DNA of 64,000 nt from Bispira polyomma (Eukaryota). Shown piece by piece: positions 13,750 through 24,108 of this stretch. The position numbers and the translations under genes were made by a program. Within the stretch, counting starts at the first letter, position 1; each line of letters opens with the position of its first letter. The stretch lies in the NCBI GenBank assembly GCA_965649765.1, contig OZ287751.1, forward strand, positions 70,556,001 to 70,620,000. Direction: 5' to 3'. A model generated the notes under the pieces. That model worked only from the letters and a program-made list of their open reading frames with translations. It was not told the DNA's origin and did not search any database.

Positions 13750-14617
13750 AGGGGGGTTCCATATCCAAGTTCAATCGGCAAAATGGGCCCGATTTTAAAG
13801 TCGGGAAGGTCGGAAGAAAAAATCAATAAAATCCATTTTTGGGCGGGAAAATTGAAATATGGGCGGCCATTCCGACCGAACAGGACGCTGACCCCGATCT
13901 TACTTAAAGCTATATAGGATCGAACTTACTAGTGATAGGATCTGACGTATCGCCCTAGGATCGAACGTATCGCCAATAGGATCTGACGGATTTAGATCCC
14001 CGACCATAAAGAACGAATGTAGAAAAGTCAAAGTTGGGACTCTTATTGTATATAATATATATGACAAAATGAAATGACCGTATGAAATAAAAGAAATATT
14101 ACCTGTTTAAACCTGTTTTTTACTGAAAATTTGTTGTAAATAACAGCAAATAATTTCTTCGTTCGCGTACATGAACTGAACTGAAAGTCGGTTTGATGTC
14201 GCAAAGGTAAACAACTTTTAAACTGATTTCCGTTATTGGGACTGACAAAATGGGCTTTTGTATGTGTCTCCATACATAAATTCCTCCCGACCTTCCAGAC
14301 CACCCCGTTTTCGCCCCCCCACCTATACGTTTCGATGGGCCAGCATTAGGACAGGCTGGGAGTGATATTAAGACCTATCACACAGAACGTATCACCAATA
14401 GGGTTGAACTTATTTGCCGAAGCCGACCTATACATTTTTGAAGGTCCGGGACTGAAGTCGGGACACTTTTGCAAAATATTAAACTTTTTTGATATTCTTC
14501 CTGACCTTCCCGACCACCCCGTTTTCTCCCCCGACCTATACGTTTTGCCGATTTTCCTGTTATCGATCACAAAGTCGAGATGGTCGAGAACCAAATCCTG
14601 AATGTGGAACCCCCACT
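13750..14617. mobile_element. Non-autonomous TIR element (PIF/Harbinger-type MITE)
   Basis: Imperfect TIRs AGGGGGGTTCCATATCCA / TGAATGTGGAACCCCCACT flanked by TAA. CpG-rich internal direct repeats (14287-14331 vs 14500-14544) and inverted repeats (13799-13826 vs 14489-14514). Confidence 0.72.
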
Positions 14618-14872
14618 TAAGGTGTGTAGGCAAGGCTAAAAAGATATGTTTTAAGTTTTTTCTGTAAACCGATAAGTGTTTCTAGTGATCTGAGGTCAAC
14701 TGGAAGACTGTTCTGTCTGACAAGGGGGTTCCGAGGTAGAATTTCACTTGTTAGCCTTTTAGCATTTAGCCTTCAGTTTATTCAAAAGATTGATATTGAT
14801 TAGTTTCATGGTATTACTTCAGCTATAATGTATTTGTTTTTATGTGAAAATAGTTTTTGACATCATAACACC

Positions 14873-14929
14873 AGACAATTGTTCACCTTTGATATTCATA
14901 TATATGAATCTAAAGGTGAACAATTGTCT
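14873..14929. repeat. 57-bp near-perfect hairpin/palindrome
   Basis: AGACAATTGTTCACCTTT...AAAGGTGAACAATTGTCT (18-bp perfect arms) plus inner ATTCATA/TATGAAT. Confidence 0.9.
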
Positions 14930-15086
14930 TTGTAGAGTTACACTAAAATAATCAAATATGAGGATATGATTTATGGCCCTAATAAAATACCTACTTTTCG
15001 AAAGCTGTCATTGTGGCAATAACAGCCATTCATCATTATGTCATTGTCAAGGTTGACCTATAAGAGGACGTTGTCAATCCACACTT

Positions 15087-15115
15087 ATATATACACACAC
15101 ACACACACACATACA
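15087..15115. repeat. (AT)n(AC)n microsatellite
   Basis: tatatatacacacacacacacacacatac. Confidence 0.9.
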
Positions 15116-16775
15116 ACTGGGTTAATTACTGCCATATATCATCAAAATAGGGGGGCTGACGGTCACAAATAACTCTAAATCTATAAACAGCTTAGTTGTT
15201 CTTATAAATTTGCAAGAAACTGCCTGTTTTACTATAAATATGTACCCATGTTGGTTGTGGTATTTTGCATCGATAATAAAAAGCCAAAAATGTTAACATT
15301 TGAACTTAGGTATTGACAATTGAAGAAAGATAAATTATTACTTTTGTGTTAAATCAACAAAGTTTGGCTTGCTGTTGTCAAAAGCAGTAACCTTATAGTA
15401 TTTTTTATTGTTGCTATAGTTAGGCAATGACACCGTCAAATACATATATATATATAAATGGAATGACTCATTGGAGAATGCTGGAAGAATGTGAGTGGCT
15501 TCAGTTTGGCACAGTTTTGTGGCCAGTTTACAAATCTAATAAGAATTGTGTTTTTTATATCAAGCCAGAAATTTTCTAAAAACAAGATTTAAGTACATGA
15601 GTACAATCAACTAAGTATTGATATATTTACATGGGCTAAAAATACTTGGCATTTTATGAGAACAGCAAGGAATAATAATGGTGCCACAAATTACACTAAG
15701 CCACAGTTAGGCAAGGAGCGTAAAGTCACAAAACCCATCAGCAAATATGATGTATGGATAACACATGCCTTATTTATGGGGCACAGTTCAAATACAAAAC
15801 CATACTTATTCCATTCATGCTCGATGACCTGTTCCCTGTGACAGACAAATGAATGCTTTCTGTTCAAACCACCTATTTCTTTGTCCAGTTCTTATTATCA
15901 CCCAATAACAGTACACAAAGAGATCGATGCACTTAGTGACCTATTTCTCAGTTTTAAGGAAATTTTAGACCTGGTGAGTTTCAAAGTACAACTTTATTTT
16001 AGATTTAAAGGCACAACCTGTGGCATTTCTCTATTATCCAAACTATATTCTACGTAAAACTCTTACAGATTTGCATGGTGCCATTGGTTAGTTTTTACAA
16101 AAATTACTGAACTGATTTGCATGAATTTAGTAAAGAGATGCCAGGGAATCCGTGTGGATCTAGTAATTTATACATTTTGCCTTTTCTCACCGTGGTACCA
16201 TGGCAATGTGCAAAGGTAGGTAAGGGTACCATTTTGTAGTTAGGCGTTGAAAAAAACATTGCCCTTCAGTGTGACCTTAGCATTATGGTAAACACGAAAT
16301 ATGAACGAGCATGTTTGGGATATTAATTTTATTTCTATGTTAAAAGACTACACTTATTCACTAACTAGATGGGGGCCACCCGAGCTTGATAAGATTTAGA
16401 AAAAGGGAGCCTTGAATTGCTTTGCAAGTTAAGGCTACCATTAATTAAGTTATGGTTAGGGTAGCCAGATTTAAGTTTGACAAAGGCTACCTTAAGTTGA
16501 AATAAATATAAGGTCAGCCTTAACTAAGTTTTTGGTAAGGCTACCATAAATTAATTGAGGTGGCCTTAATCTGAGTAAGGCCACTATAAAGTGATAGATG
16601 AGGTTACCTTAACTTTTTGATAACCGAAGGAAAAATTTAAAATGTAAATAAAATTTAATAAAGAATGAAGCTAGGGTGGCCCTAAGTATATGTATATATA
16701 TATTTTTTTTAGAGATACTGTATATGATATAGTATTTAGTGTAAGATATATGTAAATGAAATGCCCCAAGCCCAA

Positions 16776-17765
16776 CTAGGAGGTAGGTCTACATAATAGA
16801 GCCTTGAAAGCCATTGCCACTTGTTCTGATGTATTGTGATCTTGGACAATATAGTTCCAGATGCAATCCGACGTCCAGGTGCCATGACTTTGGATGTCCT
16901 GTATGGGGACATTGCTGTTGAAAGCTAAGGTGGCACCTGAACGCCGGAAAGAGTGGAATGTAATATTTGAGGAATGTAAACCTAGGCGCTTTAGTATTTG
17001 GGCAAGATTTGATCTGACTCTAGTGTCAGTAAGTGGTATCCAGGTAAAATCTTTTTTAAACTGAAATAGGGGGCCATTCTTATGGCCAGGGGTAATGGCT
17101 AGCAAGGCCCTGATTGCTGCAACTGGGCAGAGAGGAGAAGCACCTAGAGCCGGAATTTTCACAACTTTAGCCCTGTTTTTGGACTGAAGGGTTTTAGTCC
17201 ATTTTACAATAATGTGGAGCCCTGGAGGGGCAAAAATAATATCACCTCGGGCCAGTTGTTGCAAGGGTGAAAATTGTGTGACTGCATCTGGTACTAAATT
17301 AGAAATTCGTAAAAATGAAAAGAAAGCCACAAGGTATACCGCTTTGAAAACTTGGCCCATGTACATTGTGTCACATATTTGAATAATTTGAGAAAGTAAA
17401 GGTATATCAATAATTCACTTAATTCTAGCTCGAAATGGTGTACTTAGGATTAATGATTTTTGATAATATTTGATTCTTGGGTCAACAAACGCTGCTACAT
17501 TTAGGCCATGCAAGGCCATTTTTGCCTTGACTGCTGACAGGTAATTTGCAACAGAGGACGAAGAGACATTATTGACTACCAAACACTCTAGGAAGCAGAG
17601 GAGCAACATGGGAGAAATTGAATGACAGTCAATATGAGTGAAACAACAATAAGCTAAAAATAATCGAAACATGTTTTGATAAGATCTTTCAGTAGATGGT
17701 CTGAAAGCCCTGTGAGCTCTGTGGGATGCTTGTGAGGCTATCTGTTGTAGGTGAGCTGGTACATC
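16776..17765 (-). pseudogene. Tyrosine recombinase with one in-frame TGA at 17415-17417
   Basis: AFRPSTERSY N-terminal motif; catalytic set FLRISNL (R), KWTKT (K), HSFRRSGA (HxxR), HGTW, WNY (Y); LCPV motif. Confidence 0.92.
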
Positions 17766-17770
17766 TGGAA

Positions 17771-20332
17771 TTATATAGACCAGTCAATTGCTAACATGCT
17801 ACTTTGAACTGGAACCCATATAGGGTTGGATATAAACTGTTTGAGCTTATCATTGGTATTTGTCGTGAGCTGCCATCGAGACAGCAAGTCTGCTACAGTG
17901 TTATCTATACCTAATATATGAATAGTTCTGAGGCTTATGTCAGCCAATGCTGTTTCCATGAAAATGTTTCTAGCTATGGCTGCTAATGTTAAATCTTTAG
18001 TTTTTCCTGAACTGAGAATAGAGACTACTGCTGCATTGTCACATTGAATGATTAGTTTTTTACCTGCCCAGAGAGATTTCCATACCCTGATGGCTACCAA
18101 AATATTCAGCATCTCAAGGTGTACAATTGTGAGGTTAAGATACCCCAGAGGTATGTCATGGGTGTATACCTGTTCATTGCATCGTCCTCCGAAACCTTGC
18201 AAGCAAGCGTCGAGTTGTATACAGTCAGTTGTTGGTTTATGATCAAAAAAGGCTTTGCCATTAAATGTAGGCAAAAATTTTGAAAACCAGTTTACATCCT
18301 GATGGAATTCTGTTGTTAATTTTATATTATTGCTATTGGCTGCCAGTCTCAGAGTGTCCAACATGCGATTAAGGAAAACTCAGGATACGCCTACACATTT
18401 TGATATGTATAGTAGTTTGCCCAGCAATGATTGAAGTTCTCGTTTTGTACATTTTTGCTAATGTTTCCATAGACTTATCATGCTACCTATTTCTTCCAAC
18501 TTTTCTGGTGGTATGGAGACTGTGAAGTCTTGGGTATTAACAAGGACACCTAAGCATGTGACTTTTGTACTGGGGTACACTAGTTTTTGTTACTAATTGC
18601 AAAACCTAATTCTAGTAATAATTTATGCAACATGTCAAATGAGCGTCGACTTTCGACGTCATTTCCATATCCTATGACGTCATCAACATAATTTGTGACG
18701 TCATAGCCATTGCATTGCATTATATATCTGATGCCATCACTTAATCTTTGAAAAATTGCACTTCCGTGCCGAAAACCAAAGGGGAGACACGAATCTACAT
18801 AGTATTTTTCCAGCTTTAAGCCTAGCAAATTATAGTCGGCTGGGTCGATCTTTACGTGCCTAAATGCCCGGCTGACATCGATTTTATATAACTGCGTCCC
18901 ACGACCTAGTTTGATTACTTTGCTAGTGATAGTGTCTATGGTTGGAAGGGTTAGACAGAATGGTGTTTCTAAGTATTTGTCTTTAGCTACAGCAGTATTG
19001 ACAGATTCCCCATGTGGATAACTGAGGTCTATTATTACTCGTCTATGAGGTGCCCCAGGTTTTTCCCTTGACATGAATGGTGAGATATGAAGGTCACATA
19101 TGGGAACTTCTTTAAATGGTCCCAGCACTGCACCATATTTTATTTCTTCATCAAGGTATGCCTTAATATCGTCCGGATAATCTGTAGCCGACTTATGATT
19201 AACTTCGGTATGCGACAGTTTGCTGCTGCTGTCAAAGTCAAGTGGAAGGCCGTATCTCACTAAAAATGGCTACTGGGTATCCCAGTAGCCTTGCAGGTAT
19301 TTTTCCCAAGCGTCTGAATTTAGTTCTGACTTTATCTCTATTTGTGCACCCATAAAATTTGGTCGTTTTTGTTTTTTGATAATGTCATGAAGCTGAAGCA
19401 ACGACTTCTGGGAGCTATGCCGGTTATCAGAAATTGGAATTTGTAATTCACCTAAGTGAATATAACCATATTTGTCATTCATCTGTGAATTCCACAGTTG
19501 GAAGCGTGTTTCGTTATAAGCCTTGCTTATTAAGTCCTTATGGCGTGGTTTGATTTGCAGTTCCAAATCATATTTGTCACTGTTTATACCGCCTTGTGTA
19601 AGTGCACCTTTACCTGCTGTATGCGTGTTCAGCTTAACCCCATGGCTGTTTACCTTTGGTGTGCAACCACCTTTAGGGACAGAGGTGTTGATTTGTTTGA
19701 CCTCAGTATTTGTATTGTCCCCATCACCTATTGTGGCCAAGAGTGCAAATTTGTTTTGAATGGGGGTTGGAGAATTCACACCTTTCAAGAGGTGTGAATA
19801 GTGGACAGAGGTTTTTGACCTACTTGTTTCTCCAAGTTTGGCACCTTTTTCTTGGACAATTGATTTAACAGGGGATTTGGGAAGGTGTGACTCTTCCTTT
19901 GGCACCTTTCCATTGACCCTGCTAGTGCTGCATCTGACATTATTTCCTGCAATTCTTACAACACATTTACTACTATCAGGTACTTGTGTACACATTTTAG
20001 TACTATGGCATACATTAAAGATACTAGTATTCTGGTTTACATGTTGTGACTTTTTTTATACATCTGGAGGAATCACTGGAGAAACTGTCAGTTTTTCTAC
20101 TCAAATTACTCCTGAAACTGGTTTTTGCCCTGCCCCTTTTTAATACATCTGCGTATGACATTTGTTTGAAATGAGCCCAATCAGTTCTCCAGTGACTACT
20201 ACCATACACATCACATACACTACTATGTACAACTCTGTCATTAAAATTATTACGACACACAAATTGTCTGTCCTTTTTACAGGTTTGAGTACTGAGAAAC
20301 ATTTTGGGTACTGCACTGCTGCAGTGCCTCAT
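17771..20332 (-). pseudogene. pol: pol (low-complexity N-terminus, RT, RNase H) with stops and frameshifts
   Basis: RVIIDLS, KIDVSRAFRH, LPFG, YVDD (RT); LDACLQGFGG, IVHLEMLN, CDNAAVV, N.VADLLSR (RH). ATG overlaps the gag stop (ATGA, 20329-20332). Confidence 0.88.
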
Positions 20333-21317
20333 TCGTTTTTTGTATTTTTTCGACAGTCTTTAGAAGGATGGGCATGGGAGCGACCCAATGCAAAACATAC
20401 ACTACAGACATGGAGGTAGGATTGGCCCCTGGTTTCGTGGTCCCCTTTTTGGGAGCAAGTACCTCTTTGATAGTATTTGCATGGAGCCCCTTTGTCATGA
20501 CTTCTCTTGGAATTGTTTTGAGTTAAATTTTGACCTGAATTTACTACTTTTTGAGCATGAGCTCTTCTTATTCTGTCTAGTTTGTGAGAATCCCCCCATG
20601 TAATTTTTCCCTCTTCCATTTTGCACAGTAACACTGCATGACTGCCCTTAGCTGAATTCCAAGAGGAGTCATGAGCATCTTCCATCAAATCAGAGAGGTA
20701 TTCAAGCATTTGGTTTTTAATAGTTACATCACTTTCATCTCTAATAATGCTGGTGAAGCCAGCCACCCATTGAGCCATGGAAAGAGAGTCATAGGACAAT
20801 CTGCCCTTATTTTGCCCCCCTAGAATTGAAGTTTGGGGCCATGGTACTTTATTTTTAACCCATACAGTGTCTGTCCCCCCCCTCTGTGACTTAAACGTAC
20901 CTGCCTCGTTAATAACAGCCAGTTCTTTGAGGCAGGTGTCGACTGCTGACTGCAAATGCTGGGAGTCTCGCAGGGTCTGCAAAGAAGGAACGAGGACATC
21001 TTCCGGATCCACTAGTGTTGAGCTAGGTCTCTGTTCCTGGCTTGTGCGCATGGGTGTGGTCATCAGTGGTGAACTGGACAAGGACTGCACTCTATGTTCT
21101 GAATGCCTAACCTGTTGCTCAATTAGGGTCATACGACCCCCCCCAGTGCTCGCAATTCACGTAGGATTTCAGAGTTAGTATCACCAACAGGAGTTTGACT
21201 TGCATTCGCTTGAACAGAGTTCTCCGACAATAAAGTGTTTGCTAATTTACATCTATCTATTGGTTTAACATGATTTTGTCCACATTTCTGGCAGTCATAT
21301 GTTTTACGAGGAGCCAT
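20329..21317 (-). pseudogene. Gag-like ORF1 with one frameshift in a G run at ~21140
   Basis: N-terminal CQKC..NH....DRC motif and coiled-coil-like segment; FKSQRGG; WPQ; C-terminal Cys/His cluster CKYYQRGTC.....H........HVCSVC........H....C typical of this element group. Confidence 0.8.
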
Positions 21318-22257
21318 AATTTTTGTTTATGTCTCTGGAAATAATACAAAGAACACTCGGCCTTTGATACTTGCAAATATTGCTAGAGGAATTTAGAAAG
21401 GTTATTTATAAACACAAGGCAGACCAAAGTTAGTATTTTTTTAATAACTTTCCTCTACACGTAGCTTATGGTCAGAAACCCAAGCAATATAAGCAAGACT
21501 CAAAGTATGAGTTATAACACATTAAATTCGACATCAAGTGGTCACTAGTGAGGACAATTTCCCTGTGAAACAGCATAGACTATAATCCACAACATCACTG
21601 TAAAAGTTTGACTATGGTGATTAAAATTGTGTAAAACATAAAACAAAATAAAATATAATTAAGATGGTGGTGTTGCCTCCTTGGTAGTTTAGTTTGTACT
21701 GGTTATTTCAGAGATTTAGTGGGAAAAGCTGGGTTAATTAGTCCACCCAAGACCAATTAGAATAGGGGTCAGTTGAACAAGAATAGTTTTACAAAATGAC
21801 TGGGAGCAATGATCTAGCTAACCCCTATGTGGCTACCCCGCATTACACCATGCACAGGTACTTTTAACTATATATATATAAGGTACACATCTTCTAAACT
21901 TAGGTTAAACAAAAAAACATAATGCAGTATAGAGGGAGAACTTACAAACACTAAAGAAGTTAGGAGTAAGTTATAATACAGTTCAGTTGATACACCTCAT
22001 CTAATCACCACATTTCTAGGTGGAAATTGCAACATAAATGAAAGGAAATTCATTTTTGGATTGCTAAATGTACTGCAGAACAGTTTATGTGTTATAATAA
22101 AGCAATATAATGTGAATATGCATGTCTGTGAACTGCTTAAAACACGGCACTCACTGACTTTGAGGTTTATTGTACACAAATCATCCATAGCCATACATTT
22201 AGGCTCACAAATAATCATACAGCTAGCCACACAGACGTTTCTCTAAAAACATGTTTC

Positions 22258-22346
22258 CCCCGCCCCACGCCACCCCACACACACTCACCAGACACATATC
22301 ACTACCACTCCCTCACCCCCTCAACGCGTCCGCACGCTGATTGGTT
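22258..22346. promoter_or_regulatory. Candidate core promoter (GC box plus NF-Y CCAAT box) between the divergent YR element and the GPCR
   Basis: CCCCGCCCC at 22258-22266 and CTGATTGGTT at 22337-22346, in a local GC-rich island. Confidence 0.45.
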
Positions 22347-23025
22347 CAAAACTACACGATCCATCTGACAGACTTTGGGGAGTCTGGGAAGAAGTCGGCA
22401 CATGAAAGTGAAGTGTTAACGGGAGCAGGTAACATACTGCTGTCTCTCTGAAGCTCTGTGTGTGTGTCAGAAGACTTAAAAGGGAATAGAAAAGAGGAAG
22501 CAGTAAAAGTCTTAATGAGCATAAACGTTTGATGTGCCTTGTAACTTTCAGGGAAATGAGATATATGAAGTTCCTTGTGTAGTGTTTTGAACGTGTGTAT
22601 CTGGGTTATTTTGTGGTTGTGATTTAATTTGCCATGCGTGTTTGCATGTGAAAAGGACAGATATCAGTTCACGAAAAAGGATTTGGTGAATATAGTGATT
22701 GATTAATTTTTAGCATTCTTTGACCGAAACTAGACATTAAAAATTATAATTTGTGAGTGAACCCAAAATCAAATATTTGCTCTAAAGTAGCAACAGGATT
22801 TTAGTTTTAAAAGGTAATTTAAACCTAAAAGAAATTTGTCATGTTTATATTTTGACATGTTGAACTTGTTCAATGTTAAACACATTTGATATTTCTGCTG
22901 CCTTGCAAAATGCAGGCGACAAACATAACTGCTGCTAGGGGCTATTTACAAAGCTTAAATAATTTATATTTCATTTGTATGGAGCTATGGCATAGGCAAT
23001 TATAGTGACAGATTTACAGAGAACA

Positions 23026-24108
23026 ATGGCAGTTACAGTGCCATACAATATGGATTTCAATTTCACTGGTAACGAGACACTATCCGGGCTAAATGATTTA
23101 AAAACCCACAGAACTGCTTCACTGTCATCCCTGGATTTATTTATCGGATACATGCGGTTTTATTACACGCCTGGACTTGTCGCATTAGGAATTATAGGCA
23201 ATTTGGTGTCGTGCCTGGTGTTTCTAGTGTCTAAGTTGAGGAAGTTCTCATCAAGCCACTACTTAGCCTGCATTGTGCTCTCCAACACCCTATACTTTGT
23301 GGTACTCTTGCTGAAATGGATGGACACTTTCCTGCAAATTAGGACCTACAACCGGCCATTTATCTGTCAGGTGGTCTGGCTCAATAGCCAGGTGTCGTCT
23401 TTCCTTGCCCTTTGGGCAACTGTTGCCTTTGTTGTGGACCGGTACATTGCCAACTGCTGGAGTGCGGAGGCATCCAATTTCTGTACTATTCTGCGAGCAC
23501 GGGTTGTGATTATCTCTCTCTGTGTATTGGCACTGGTGGTGTATCTAAACATCAGCCTCACTATGGATGTGCTTCTCTACAGGGACGAGCCTTCCTGTAT
23601 GCCCTTGCCTTTGTATCAAGGCCTAATGTACGGCGTGGAAATCATGGACATGCTTTTAAACCACATCCTTGCTTACTTAGTGATCTTGATATTATTCCTT
23701 CTCACAGTAACCGGGCTGTTCTGTGTGTCTGGGGATGCAAGGTTCAGTGATTCTAATCCTCACCTGGTTGTACTCACTGTGTCATACACTCTAGGCTATT
23801 TAATAGTAAACCTGCCATCTGAGTGCATCTATCTCACTCAGACACTCACTGGTATCTTTTGGAGTGAAAGTCGCTTTTCACGATCCACTCAAATGAACTT
23901 ACGCTATGCGGATATGATTGCATTATATACAATCCACACGGCCAGGGCCTTACATTTCCTGTTCTTCGCTTTAGTGCATCCCTTTTTCTGGGCTTATGTT
24001 AGGACAACTTTGCGAAAGACATTTGGGTGTGTCTCTTCTTGCTACCAGAAGAAAAAGCCCAATAAGACGTGTCTGGAGGAGCAGATTGGTCTCCAGGAAG
24101 TGGTATGA
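23026..24108 (+). CDS. Rhodopsin-like (class A) GPCR, FMRFamide-receptor-like/orphan peptide receptor type, intronless coding region (~360 aa)
   Basis: Seven hydrophobic segments; N-terminal NFT and NET sequons; TM1 GIIGN; C in FICQ (TM3) and SC (ECL2); DRY (VVDRYIA); TM6 NLP. Open throughout. AATAAA at ~24701. Confidence 0.9.
   Translation: MAVTVPYNMDFNFTGNETLSGLNDLKTHRTASLSSLDLFIGYMRFYYTPGLVALGIIGNLVSCLVFLVSKLRKFSSSHYLACIVLSNTLYFVVLLLKWMDTFLQIRTYNRPFICQVVWLNSQVSSFLALWATVAFVVDRYIANCWSAEASNFCTILRARVVIISLCVLALVVYLNISLTMDVLLYRDEPSCMPLPLYQGLMYGVEIMDMLLNHILAYLVILILFLLTVTGLFCVSGDARFSDSNPHLVVLTVSYTLGYLIVNLPSECIYLTQTLTGIFWSESRFSRSTQMNLRYADMIALYTIHTARALHFLFFALVHPFFWAYVRTTLRKTFGCVSSCYQKKKPNKTCLEEQIGLQEVV

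Larger units (their letters stand above)
16320..21340 (-). mobile_element. Tyrosine-recombinase retrotransposon (DIRS order, Ngaro-like), near full length but inactivated; exact termini unresolved (leader may reach ~22340)
   Basis: Minus-strand order gag - RT - RNase H - YR, with no N6-adenine methyltransferase between RH and YR. AATAAA on the minus strand at 16328-16333. Confidence 0.9.

Noticed and set aside
16776-17765. Phage or bacterial integrase (contamination or HGT)
   Set aside because: It is collinear with gag, RT and RH of a DIRS-order retrotransposon.
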